Of a stretch of DNA of 64,000 bases, positions 1 to 9,984 are shown one piece after another. Under the pieces are notes generated by a model, which was not told the origin of the DNA, ran no database searches, and saw only the letters and a list, made by a program, of their open reading frames with translations. The number at the start of each line of letters is the position of its first letter. Positions within the stretch are counted from its first letter, which is position 1. The DNA is from an uncultured Arcobacter sp. (GTDB taxonomy: Bacteria > Campylobacterota > Campylobacteria > Campylobacterales > Arcobacteraceae): positions 646,560 to 710,559 of the forward strand of contig OZ223302.1 of assembly GCA_965140705.1 (NCBI GenBank). Direction: 5' to 3'. The position numbers were made by a program, and so were the translations under genes.

Positions 1-1594
1 TAACAACATGTTTGATAAGTTTACAAGTGGTTATTCTTATATGGTAAAAAAAACAATTAGATATTCTATATTAAGTTTTCTTCTATTTGGAGGCTTAATA
101 TTTATTACATATAATATGTATGTAAATATGAAAACAGCACTTGTTCCTCAAGAAGACCAAGGTGCAATATTTATTTTCTCTTATAACCCTCCTGCTTCAT
201 CTTTGAGTAGAACTACTAAATTAACAGATGAAATTTATGATACGGTTAAACAAGATAAAAGTGTTGGAAATACATTAACACTTAGTGGATTAGACTTTAT
301 GACTTTTGCACTAAGAACAAATTCTGCTGCAACAATTGTTAAACTTAAAGACTGGGAAGAAAGAAAAAAACCAGAAGAGCAAGCAAGTGCAATTGCAAAT
401 AGATTTACAGGACAATTAATGGGTAGAACTACAGATGGGTTCTCATTTGCAGTACTTCCTCCTCCAATTATGGGAATGGGTGTTTCTGGTGGTTTTGAAA
501 TGTATGTACAAAATAAATCAGGAAGTGGTGTTGAAGATTTAAATAAATATGTTCAAGAGATAATTCAAAAAGCAAATGCAAGACCAGAATTAACAGCAGT
601 TAGAACAACTCTTGCAACAAATGTACCACAATATTCACTTAAAGTTGATAATATAAAAGCTAAGTCAAAGGGTGTAAATGTTGCAGATATTTTTTCAACT
701 CTTAGTTCAACTTTTGGAAGTTATTATATAAATGACTTCAACTTATATGGAAGAACATATACAGTAAATATTCAAGCAAAAGGTGAATTTAGAAAAGGGG
801 TTGAAGATTTAAATAAAGTATTTGTAAAAGCTTCAAACAATGAACTTCTTCCTGTAAGTTCTTTTGTATCAATTACAAAAACAACTGGTGCTGATTTAGT
901 TGAGAGATTCAACCTTTTTACATCTGCAAAAATTTCAGGACAACCAGCTCCTGGATATAGTTCAGGTGATGCATTAAAAGCTATTGAAGAAGTTTCAAAA
1001 GAGGTTTTACCAAATAACTATGCAATTTCTTGGGTAGGAACTGCCTATCAAGAAAAAAGAATCTCTAGTAAGAGTTATTTAGCCTTTATTTTTGGTATAT
1101 TATTTTTATACTTAATCCTAGCAGCACAATATGAAAGATGGATGATGCCAATTTCTGTTGTTATGGCTATTCCTTTTGGGGTATTTGGTGCAGTTGTAGC
1201 AACTATGATGAGAGGATTAGAAAATGACATTTACTTCCAGGTGGGTATTTTAGTTTTAATTGGACTATCCGCTAAAAATGCAATTTTAATTGTAGAGTTT
1301 GCTATGCAACAAAGAAAAGAGGGTAAAAGTATTTATGATGCAGCAATTAATGCAGCAAAATTAAGAATTAGACCAATTATTATGACATCTCTTGCATTTA
1401 TGTTAGGAGTTCTTCCTTTAGCTATTAGTACAGGGGCAGGTGCTGCAAGTAGACACTCTATTGGAACTGGTGTAATTGGAGGAATGCTGACAGCTACAAT
1501 TATTGCTATTGTCTTTATTCCTTTATTTTATATTTTCGTTTCAAAACTAAGTGAAAAAAAGAATAAAGAGACAAATCTCAAAGAAACTGAATAA
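1..1594 (+). CDS. RND multidrug efflux permease (AcrB/CmeB family), 5'-truncated by window edge
   Basis: Motifs PQEDQG, LAAQYE, GLSAKNAILIVEFA and RIRPIIMTS. The frame is open to the window start, so this is only the C-terminal half. Confidence 0.93.
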   Translation, partial: NNMFDKFTSGYSYMVKKTIRYSILSFLLFGGLIFITYNMYVNMKTALVPQEDQGAIFIFSYNPPASSLSRTTKLTDEIYDTVKQDKSVGNTLTLSGLDFMTFALRTNSAATIVKLKDWEERKKPEEQASAIANRFTGQLMGRTTDGFSFAVLPPPIMGMGVSGGFEMYVQNKSGSGVEDLNKYVQEIIQKANARPELTAVRTTLATNVPQYSLKVDNIKAKSKGVNVADIFSTLSSTFGSYYINDFNLYGRTYTVNIQAKGEFRKGVEDLNKVFVKASNNELLPVSSFVSITKTTGADLVERFNLFTSAKISGQPAPGYSSGDALKAIEEVSKEVLPNNYAISWVGTAYQEKRISSKSYLAFIFGILFLYLILAAQYERWMMPISVVMAIPFGVFGAVVATMMRGLENDIYFQVGILVLIGLSAKNAILIVEFAMQQRKEGKSIYDAAINAAKLRIRPIIMTSLAFMLGVLPLAISTGAGAASRHSIGTGVIGGMLTATIIAIVFIPLFYIFVSKLSEKKNKETNLKETE

Positions 1595-1605
1595 ATATTC
1601 ATAAA

Positions 1606-1640
1606 AAACAAAGAGTTAAAATATATTTTAACTCTTTGTT
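1606..1640 (+). terminator. Hairpin after the RND gene
   Basis: Inverted repeat aacaaagagttaaaa / ttttaactctttgtt. Confidence 0.55.
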
Positions 1641-1695
1641 CGCTACTATAATAAATCCATTTAACTCACACCTAATTATACAAAAGGTAAACATA

Positions 1696-2541
1696 GTGAA
1701 AATATATATTTATGCCAAAAGCGGTCATGCGATAGGATTAGAAGCGACTAGAACATGTTCTGCAATTGCTTCAAAACTTAAAGAATATGATCCTATATTG
1801 TGTACTTGTGATTTTAGAGCGGGAGCTTATGCAAAAGAAGAACTAGGTATCAAAAAATATGTAAGTGTTGATGTCTTAACAAATCTTCCTAATATAATGG
1901 AAAGAGGTGATATTTTAATCTTTGATTCAGATGAAACTTCAGATATCATGGAAAAACATATGAAAGATTTTTGTTCACTTTTATACAAAGTGGGTGTTAA
2001 TACACCCCAATATATAGTTGATAATAAATTATTTAAGAAAAATCCCAATCCAAAACTTGAAAAAACTCTTTTTTTTGGAGATGATGATTATAATGATTTA
2101 TTACAAGAACTTACTAAAAATAGTTCAAAAAAACAAATGAACTTACTTTTAGGTCACTATTTTTTCTTAGGAAATGAGGTAAAACTAAAACCTTATTTCG
2201 AAAAATTATTTACGGATGAAGAGTATATTGATACTATTTTTAATTCTAAATTTTTATTAACAACTTCTGTACAAAGTTGTATGGAATCTATAGTTTGTGG
2301 AAATAATCCAGTTCTACTTTTAAGAAAAGATAAAAATTATAATTTGCAATTTATTGAGAATTTAAACATTCCTACAATAAACTATAACGAAAACTTAGAT
2401 AAAATAGTAATAGAATTTGAAGATATTATTTCTTCTTACCCCGACCTAAATGATATTGAAATTTTTGATTTTGAACCTTTAGTGTTACAAATAAAGAAAA
2501 AAACTAGTTCCCATAATGAAATCAATAGCTCACAATTATAA
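1696..2541 (+). CDS. Conserved hypothetical protein, possibly GT-B fold (PseG/SpsG-like N-terminus)
   Basis: GTG start at 1696 after an aaggt RBS-like sequence. N-terminus KIYIYAKSGHAIGL resembles the PseG-type glycine loop; the similarity is weak. Confidence 0.45.
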   Translation: MKIYIYAKSGHAIGLEATRTCSAIASKLKEYDPILCTCDFRAGAYAKEELGIKKYVSVDVLTNLPNIMERGDILIFDSDETSDIMEKHMKDFCSLLYKVGVNTPQYIVDNKLFKKNPNPKLEKTLFFGDDDYNDLLQELTKNSSKKQMNLLLGHYFFLGNEVKLKPYFEKLFTDEEYIDTIFNSKFLLTTSVQSCMESIVCGNNPVLLLRKDKNYNLQFIENLNIPTINYNENLDKIVIEFEDIISSYPDLNDIEIFDFEPLVLQIKKKTSSHNEINSSQL

Positions 2542-2642
2542 GTTAAACTTATGATTTTATTATGCTTCTTATAAGTTCTTATCTTCTATAATTCAAAAAA
2601 CTAAGGTGAACAATATAAGTTCACATTATGAAAGGTTAAAAA

Positions 2643-4052
2643 ATGGCTTCAGAAAGTATTCAACTTGCAAAAAAAACACCATATCGAATTAAAAGATATT
2701 ATGTTTATTTAGCAGTTACAATTATGGCCCTAGCTATTCCCTTTATTAGAATAAACGGGAATCACTTATTTTTATTATCATTTGATAAAAAACAATTACA
2801 TCTTATGGGTGTTGCATTTGATATGCAAGAACTTTATATGATGCCTTTTTTATTGATGCTACTATTTTTAGGTATTTTTGCTGTTACAGCAATCGGAGGT
2901 CGTGCGTGGTGTGGTTGGGCCTGTCCACAAACAATCTTTAGAGTTGTATATAGAGATTTAATTGAATCAACTTTATTGAAATTAAGAAGAATCAAAAACA
3001 AACAAAAAGAACCAGATTATTCAAAAGCTGAAAATGCAAGTAAAAAAATAGTTGGTATTATTTTATGGGCAATATTAGCTCTTATTGCAGCAGCTGATTT
3101 TATGTGGTATTTTGTTCCACCAGAAGATTTTTTTACATACTTACAAGATCCATCAGAACACATGTTTTTAATAGGTATTGTTTTATCTATTGCTGCATTT
3201 TTAGTATATGATGTTGTAAGATTAAAAGAAGACTTTTGTGTTTACATATGTCCTTATTCAAGAGTTCAATCTGTTTTATATGATGATAATACCTTACAAG
3301 CAATTTACTCTACAAATAGAGGTGGTGACATCTATAATAAAAATAAAGAGAAGATTATTTTCAAAGAGAAAGATTTACCAGATCCTGCAAATGAGTGTAC
3401 TACCTGTGAATCATGTGTAACAGTATGTCCTACTCATATTGACATTAGAAAGGGGTTACAATTAGAGTGTATCAACTGTCTAGAATGTGTGGATGCATGT
3501 ACTACTGTTATGGGTAAACTTGGTAAAGAATCGTTAGTTCAATGGACAAGTACAAATAATATTAAAAATAATATCCCTACAAAAGTTGTAAGAAAATCAA
3601 CTATTATGTATAGTATTGCTTTATTAATTGTAATTGGACTTTTATTTGTAATGGGTGGAGAAAAAGAGTATATGCTTTTAAATATCAATAAAACTACTCA
3701 ATTATATCAAGTAAAAAAAGATAATCTTGTTACAAATAACTTCTTATTTTTATTCCAAAATACAGATTCAAAAAGACATAAATATGCACTAGAAATAGTA
3801 GATAATAAAGATATATTTATAGAAAGATTTCATCCATTCTCACTAGGTGCTGGTAAATTAGCTAAAAAAGTTGTAATTTTAGGAACTAAATCTGAATTAG
3901 TAGAAGATAATACAAAAGATACTCCAATAACAGTTACTATTAGAGCTTATGCCCAAGATGAACCAGATAGAGTTCAAGTATTTAGAAAAGCAGTCTTTAT
4001 ATATCCAAGAGAAGATATGCTTAGAAAAAAAGAAGCTCTACTTAATAAATAA
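2643..4052 (+). CDS. ccoG: cbb3 oxidase accessory polyferredoxin membrane protein CcoG/FixG
   Basis: GRAWCGWACPQT, CVYICPY, and two 4Fe-4S motifs (CTTCESCVTVCP, CINCLECVDAC). Confidence 0.93.
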   Translation: MASESIQLAKKTPYRIKRYYVYLAVTIMALAIPFIRINGNHLFLLSFDKKQLHLMGVAFDMQELYMMPFLLMLLFLGIFAVTAIGGRAWCGWACPQTIFRVVYRDLIESTLLKLRRIKNKQKEPDYSKAENASKKIVGIILWAILALIAAADFMWYFVPPEDFFTYLQDPSEHMFLIGIVLSIAAFLVYDVVRLKEDFCVYICPYSRVQSVLYDDNTLQAIYSTNRGGDIYNKNKEKIIFKEKDLPDPANECTTCESCVTVCPTHIDIRKGLQLECINCLECVDACTTVMGKLGKESLVQWTSTNNIKNNIPTKVVRKSTIMYSIALLIVIGLLFVMGGEKEYMLLNINKTTQLYQVKKDNLVTNNFLFLFQNTDSKRHKYALEIVDNKDIFIERFHPFSLGAGKLAKKVVILGTKSELVEDNTKDTPITVTIRAYAQDEPDRVQVFRKAVFIYPREDMLRKKEALLNK

Positions 4053-4057
4053 AACTC

Positions 4058-4095
4058 TTTGTAAGTGTAAATTTAAATATTTGCACTTACAAAAA
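4058..4095 (+). terminator. Hairpin after ccoG
   Basis: Inverted repeat tttgtaagtgtaaat / atttgcacttacaaa. Confidence 0.55.
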
Positions 4096-4181
4096 TCTTG
4101 TAAAAAATTAAACCCTACTTAACAATACTTTAGCTATAATCGCGGCTATAATTAACTACTATTTTTTACGGAGTATCACCA

Positions 4182-5798
4182 ATGACTAAATTTATATTTG
4201 TTACAGGTGGAGTATTAAGTTCCTTAGGAAAAGGAATAACTTCTGCCTCTATCGCCACTATTTTGAAGCAATCAGGTTACAGAGTAACTATGCTAAAAAT
4301 CGACCCATATTTAAATGTGGATCCGGGAACAATGAGCCCATTAGAGCATGGAGAAGTATTTGTTACAGCTGATGGAGCAGAAACAGATTTAGATTTAGGA
4401 AATTATGAAAGATTTATTGATGTAACTCTTGGTGCAAAAAATAGTTTTACTACAGGACAAGTTTATTTATCTGTAATAAGAAGAGAAAGACAAGGTGGAT
4501 ACTTAGGAAAAACTATTCAAGTAATCCCACATGTTGTTGATGAAATCAAAGCAAGAATCTTTGATGCTGCTGAGGGTTATGACTTTTTAATTGTTGAACT
4601 TGGTGGAACAGTTGGAGATATCGAAGGTCTGCCATTTATGGAGTCTATTAGAGAAATAAGACATGAATTAGATAAAGATAGAACTATGAATATTCATGTA
4701 ACACTTGTTCCTTATATTGCAGCTGCTGGTGAACTTAAAACAAAACCAACACAACATAGTGTTCAAGAATTAAGAAGAATTGGTATTACACCTCATATGC
4801 TTGTATGTAGAAGTGAAAAGCCTCTACCAAAAGAGTTAAAGAAAAAACTTGCAATGTCTTGTGATATAAATAACAATGCGGTAGTTGAAGCAGGTGATGC
4901 ACAGTCAATTTATCAAGTTCCTATGAACTTCTTAAAAGAAGGTATTTTAACTCCTTTATCAGAACACTTTAATATCAAAATAAAACCAAATATGGAAAGA
5001 TGGGAAACTCTTGTAAAACATATTATTCTTCCTCAAGATGAAGTAACAATTGCTTTTGTAGGTAAATATATAGAACTAAAAGAATCTTATAAATCTTTAA
5101 CAGAATCATTAATTCATGCAGGAGCTCACTTAAATACAAAAGTTAATATTAACTGGTGTGATAGTGAAAGAATAGAGGATAGCGGAGCTTACGATATTAT
5201 AGGAAACTCAGATGCAATTTTAGTTGCAGGTGGATTTGGTAATAGAGGAGTTGAAGGAAAATTAAAAGCGATTGAATATGCAAGGGTAAATAATATTCCA
5301 TTTTTAGGAATTTGTTTAGGTATGCAACTTTCTATTGTAGAATATTGTAGAAATGTTCTAGGAATTGAAGATGCAAACTCAATTGAGTTTGACGAAAAAA
5401 CTGCCAATCCTGCTATTTATCTGATTGATGAATTTATGGATCAATCAGGAAATAAACAACTAAGAACTCACAAATCACCAATGGGTGGAACAATGAGATT
5501 AGGTGAATATCCATTTAATCCAAAAGCTGGAACAAAACTAAAAGCTGCTTATGGAAATAATGAAACTTACTATGAAAGACATAGACATAGATATGAAGCA
5601 AATCCTGCTTATAAAGAGAGATTAGAAGAGGCAGGAATGATTATTTCTGGGGAATCAAATGGACTAATTGAAGCAGTAGAAATTAAAGATCACCCTTGGT
5701 TTGTTGGTGTTCAATTTCACCCTGAGTTTACATCTCATTTAGAAACACCAAATCCAATAATAACAGAATTTGTAAGACAAGCTACTAAAACAAAGTAA
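4182..5798 (+). CDS. pyrG: CTP synthase
   Basis: [31 protein letters not shown]. Confidence 0.98.
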   Translation: MTKFIFVTGGVLSSLGKGITSASIATILKQSGYRVTMLKIDPYLNVDPGTMSPLEHGEVFVTADGAETDLDLGNYERFIDVTLGAKNSFTTGQVYLSVIRRERQGGYLGKTIQVIPHVVDEIKARIFDAAEGYDFLIVELGGTVGDIEGLPFMESIREIRHELDKDRTMNIHVTLVPYIAAAGELKTKPTQHSVQELRRIGITPHMLVCRSEKPLPKELKKKLAMSCDINNNAVVEAGDAQSIYQVPMNFLKEGILTPLSEHFNIKIKPNMERWETLVKHIILPQDEVTIAFVGKYIELKESYKSLTESLIHAGAHLNTKVNINWCDSERIEDSGAYDIIGNSDAILVAGGFGNRGVEGKLKAIEYARVNNIPFLGICLGMQLSIVEYCRNVLGIEDANSIEFDEKTANPAIYLIDEFMDQSGNKQLRTHKSPMGGTMRLGEYPFNPKAGTKLKAAYGNNETYYERHRHRYEANPAYKERLEEAGMIISGESNGLIEAVEIKDHPWFVGVQFHPEFTSHLETPNPIITEFVRQATKTK

Positions 5799-7360
5799 TG
5801 TCTAAAGTCACAAAACAAAAACTTTTTGACCTACTATCTGCAAGACATCTAAAGAGTACCTACTCTAAGCTTGCAGATATCCCTCCTCCTACAGGCTTTA
5901 AAGATATACAAAAAGCTACAAAAAGAGTAAAACAAGCAATATTAGACAATGAAAAAATCACAATTGTTGGTGATTATGATGTGGATGGTGTCGTTTCAAC
6001 TTCAATTATGATTGATTTTTTTAGACAAGTTGGTTATGAAGTTGATTATATCATTCCAAATAGATTTGAGCATGGATATGGACTCTCTGATAAAATTTCT
6101 GAACGAATTGATAGTGGATTAGTTATAACTGTTGATAATGGAATTTCAGCATGTAAGGCAACCCAAATATTAAATGATAAAAATATAGATGTTATCATCA
6201 CTGACCACCACACAGTTGGAGATGAAATTCCAAATGCCTATTCAATTATTAATCCCAAACAAGATGATTGTAACTTCCCCTTTAAAGATATCTGTGGGGC
6301 TCAAGTTGCTTGGTACTTTTGTGCCTCAATAAAAAAAGAGTTAAACCTAGATATAAATATGACTAATTTTTTAGACCTTTTATGTATAGCAATTATTGCA
6401 GATATGATGCCAATGACAAGCCTTAATTACATTATGGTTAAAAATGGTCTAAAAAGAATTGAAACCTCAGATAGAGCATCCATATCATATCTACGAAGTG
6501 CTATGAGAAAAAACTCTTTTATTTCAGATGATATAGGTTTTATAATTGCTCCTAAAATAAATAGTGCAGGAAGAATGGATGATGCCTCTATTGCTTTATC
6601 TTTTTTATTATCTAATAACTTTGAAGAAGCAAGTGAAGCTTTGGAGTTATTAGAAGAGTTAAATAATAAAAGAAAAATTTTACAAGAGAGTATCTCTTTA
6701 AAAGCAAAATATGAAATAAATCTTGAAGACAAAGCAATAGTTGTATGGGGTGACAATTGGCATGAAGGTGTTATTGGGATAGTTGCTTCAAAACTATCCC
6801 ATGCCTTTAAAAGACCTGCTTTTATTTTCTCAATAACAGATGGAATAGCAAAAGGAAGCGCAAGAGCAAATGCAGATATTAACTTGCATACAATTATCTC
6901 AGAGGCACAACACCTTTTATTAGGTTTTGGTGGACATAAAAATGCAGCTGGTATCTCCATGAAAACAGAACACTTAGAGGAGTTTAAAGCTATTATTAAC
7001 TCTGCCCTAAGCAAAGCATCAAAAGAGTTATACATAGAGCCTATAACACTAGGGGAGCTTGATGTTTCAAGTGTAGATTTAGAGTTTATGGATATTATAG
7101 AGATGTTTGAGCCATATGGCTTAGAAAATCATAAACCAATATTTAAAATATCAAATGCTAAAGTAATAAAATCAGAACTTTTTGGTAAAGAGAAAAATCA
7201 CTTAAAACTTTTTCTAAATGTGGATGGTTATGATTTTGAAGCAATAAAATTTTATAGTGATAAAATAGAAAAAGATAGTGTTGATATGATTATATCAATA
7301 AATAAAAATGAGTTTAGAGGAGATATAACTCCCCAGTTTTTAATTCAAGACTTTTTATAA
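5798..7360 (+). CDS. recJ: ssDNA-specific exonuclease RecJ
   Basis: DHH motifs GDYDVDG, TVDNG and ITDHH; DHHA1 motif GGHKNAAG. Confidence 0.95.
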   Translation: MSKVTKQKLFDLLSARHLKSTYSKLADIPPPTGFKDIQKATKRVKQAILDNEKITIVGDYDVDGVVSTSIMIDFFRQVGYEVDYIIPNRFEHGYGLSDKISERIDSGLVITVDNGISACKATQILNDKNIDVIITDHHTVGDEIPNAYSIINPKQDDCNFPFKDICGAQVAWYFCASIKKELNLDINMTNFLDLLCIAIIADMMPMTSLNYIMVKNGLKRIETSDRASISYLRSAMRKNSFISDDIGFIIAPKINSAGRMDDASIALSFLLSNNFEEASEALELLEELNNKRKILQESISLKAKYEINLEDKAIVVWGDNWHEGVIGIVASKLSHAFKRPAFIFSITDGIAKGSARANADINLHTIISEAQHLLLGFGGHKNAAGISMKTEHLEEFKAIINSALSKASKELYIEPITLGELDVSSVDLEFMDIIEMFEPYGLENHKPIFKISNAKVIKSELFGKEKNHLKLFLNVDGYDFEAIKFYSDKIEKDSVDMIISINKNEFRGDITPQFLIQDFL

Positions 7361-7939
7361 AACCAAGGGTTCATAAACTGTATTAGTAGAATCAGGAGTT
7401 CTTTCTAAGTCCAAAATTTCATCATCTATCAAAGTAGATGCAGTTGATGAACTTAAGATTGTACCAGTTCTTACATCAATAAGTTTTATAAAAACTATTA
7501 ATCTTTTTGTTGTAACACTATATGTACCTACAACTGCAAAGTTTTCATCAATAACTTGATTATTAATCTTATTAGAATCTCTACTTAATACATTAAAACC
7601 ACGTTGTCCAATTTGGAAATTATTTCCAAGTTCAACTTCTCTAACTAAAATATTTTTACTCAGCAAAGAGTTTTTTAATGTATCTGATAATAAGAAACCT
7701 AACTTTGAATGATTTTGAAGATTATCAAGGTTTACAAAGTCAGAGACTAAAACTGTTTCATTTTTGGCAATATTTTTATTAAGTTTTGCAGATGAGCTTT
7801 CAACTAAAGCTCTTAACATAGATTGAAAGTTATTAGCACCATCAATATCTTTATATACACAAGAAGTAAAAAGCAGGGGAAGTAAAAGAGTTGCTAAAAA
7901 AAGTTTTAGCATTCTTTTACTAAAGAAGTTTAATTTCAT
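7355..7939 (-). CDS. FlgO-family outer membrane lipoprotein
   Basis: Lipobox LFTSC; motifs VSDFVNLDNL, LSRD and VVGTYS. Confidence 0.7.
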   Translation of the reverse strand: MKLNFFSKRMLKLFLATLLLPLLFTSCVYKDIDGANNFQSMLRALVESSSAKLNKNIAKNETVLVSDFVNLDNLQNHSKLGFLLSDTLKNSLLSKNILVREVELGNNFQIGQRGFNVLSRDSNKINNQVIDENFAVVGTYSVTTKRLIVFIKLIDVRTGTILSSSTASTLIDDEILDLERTPDSTNTVYEPLVL

Positions 7940-7945
7940 AAATTA

Positions 7946-8617
7946 TTATTCTTCTCGCATTATTTTTATGGTTCTTGGAGGTTTACAATCTTTAAAAATA
8001 ACACAATCATTTCTTAAACCGTGTTCATATGTAGCTCTAGCACTTGTGATTATTTGACCTGTAGAGTTATCTAAAACTCTCGCATTTAACATTATTCTTC
8101 CATATTGTCTTGAATATGTTCCAACTACTATAAAACTATTTTGAACATTTTCTTTCATCTTACTTGTATTTCTAGTAATAAAGTATTCACCTTGTGCATT
8201 TACAGAAACACCTAATTGACCTCTAAATTCAATAATATTGAATCCTCTATTAGATAATTCATTAATCAAACTCTCACTAATAACTCTTCCAAACTCAGTA
8301 GTTTTTTTGAAGTTATCCAATCTAACAAAAGATGTAATTAATACAGATTTATTTGTATGCATCTTATTATTTTGCATCATTTGAGTAGCAAGCGAAGAAA
8401 TAGTAGCTTCTAAAGAATTTTGTGTTGTAACATGTTGTTGCATATCTTCTGCAATTTTCATATGTTCTTTTGTAACCTGAACTTTCTCATTAGCTTTATC
8501 AATTCCTGCTATTTCACTTGGATTCATAGTTGCTTTCATAGATGAATCTGATGAAGCACACGAAATTGTTAATGTTGATAAAAGAACCAAACAAGAGTTT
8601 CTCAATAGCTTAAGCAT
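7946..8617 (-). CDS. FlgO-family lipoprotein, tandem paralog
   Basis: Lipobox TISC; motifs ITSFVRLDNF, FGRVISESL, GEYFITR, VVGTYS and NARV. Confidence 0.72.
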   Translation of the reverse strand: MLKLLRNSCLVLLSTLTISCASSDSSMKATMNPSEIAGIDKANEKVQVTKEHMKIAEDMQQHVTTQNSLEATISSLATQMMQNNKMHTNKSVLITSFVRLDNFKKTTEFGRVISESLINELSNRGFNIIEFRGQLGVSVNAQGEYFITRNTSKMKENVQNSFIVVGTYSRQYGRIMLNARVLDNSTGQIITSARATYEHGLRNDCVIFKDCKPPRTIKIMREE

Positions 8618-8802
8618 GTAATACCCCTTTTTGTAATTGATAAATTTTATTTAAACTTTACTTATATGTACTTGAATAGTTACTATTTTATCTCCCTGAA
8701 AAGAGTGTTTAATCTAATATTAATAAATGTAATACTATACATACTCTTTTATTTCTTTTAACATAAGAAATATGCTAAAATACTACCAAAAAGGATTTCA
8801 TA

Positions 8803-9354
8803 ATGGCAAAATTATTAGTACCTATTTCAAATGGTTTTGAAGAGATTGAAACAGTAAGTATAGTTGATATTTGTAGAAGAGGTAATATTGATGTTACTTT
8901 AGCTTCTATTGAAAAAATAGATGTTCAAGGGGCACATCAAATATCAATAAAAACTGATAAACTAATATCAGAAGTTCAAGAAAAAGATTTTGATATGATT
9001 GCTTTACCAGGTGGACTGCCAAATGCTTTTAATTTAGCAGAAAGTGAAGAGTTACAAAAAATACTTATACAATTTAAAGAAAGTAATAAAAATATTGCTG
9101 CAATATGTGCCTCTCCTTTTGCTCTACACAAGGCTGGAGTATTAAATAAAAATTATACTTGTTATCCTGGATTTGAGAGTAAAATCAAAGAAGAAGGATA
9201 TACTAAAGATGAAAATATAGTAATCGATGGTAAAGTATTAACTTCAAGAGGACCGGCCACTGCCACACTTTTTGCTTTGGAAATTGTAAAGATTTTAAAA
9301 GGTAAAGAAGAGTATGAGATAGTAAAAGAGGGGCTATTAGCAAATAATTGCTAA
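8803..9354 (+). CDS. DJ-1/ThiJ/YajL family glyoxalase/deglycase
   Basis: GFEEIE, LPGG, AICASP, TSRGPAT. Confidence 0.92.
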   Translation: MAKLLVPISNGFEEIETVSIVDICRRGNIDVTLASIEKIDVQGAHQISIKTDKLISEVQEKDFDMIALPGGLPNAFNLAESEELQKILIQFKESNKNIAAICASPFALHKAGVLNKNYTCYPGFESKIKEEGYTKDENIVIDGKVLTSRGPATATLFALEIVKILKGKEEYEIVKEGLLANNC

Positions 9355-9361
9355 TAGCTTG

Positions 9362-9937
9362 TTATTTTTTATCAAAGGGAGGGATTCTTCCTACCATTGC
9401 TTCGAGTTCTCTAAGCTCATTATCATCATGACCTCTTAGTTTTTTTGCATGTTTTATGCTCCCATCTGCTAAAACCCACTCCATTTTATGATGAGATGCT
9501 TTATAAAACTTATGTGCTTTTGCTGTTTTTAATTCTGTTTCCCCATAACAAGTACAAAAATATGATTTCCCATCTATATGCTCTACATAAACACCAGTAC
9601 CACGAATACCTGCTGTCATATTTTCAGTTTTGACCTCATGTTTATCGCCACCTTTACCAAAAACGGCTAGAACTCCACCTGTTACTACGTTAAGTGTTTT
9701 TAACCCACCTTTCTCTTCTATTGAAAATTTTGTATCAGCATTTGCTAAAAAAGCATCTTTACCTATATTAAATTTCACTTTTGAATTTTTACCAGTTTTT
9801 ATAAAATCACCAAGTTTTACAACACTTGTTTTTGTAGCTTTTTTCCCATTTATATATACATCTCCACTACTTATTACACTATCTGAAAATACATTTAGAA
9901 CAAAAAGGAAACAAAGCCCAATTATAATTTTTTTCAT
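9362..9937 (-). CDS. Secreted FecR-domain-like protein
   Basis: Signal peptide, GD.I.TG and TAGIRGT motifs, His-rich C-terminus. Confidence 0.65.
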   Translation of the reverse strand: MKKIIIGLCFLFVLNVFSDSVISSGDVYINGKKATKTSVVKLGDFIKTGKNSKVKFNIGKDAFLANADTKFSIEEKGGLKTLNVVTGGVLAVFGKGGDKHEVKTENMTAGIRGTGVYVEHIDGKSYFCTCYGETELKTAKAHKFYKASHHKMEWVLADGSIKHAKKLRGHDDNELRELEAMVGRIPPFDKK

Positions 9938-9984
9938 GTTTGCCTCTCAAACAATAATTTAGTACATTTATTATATCATAAGCC

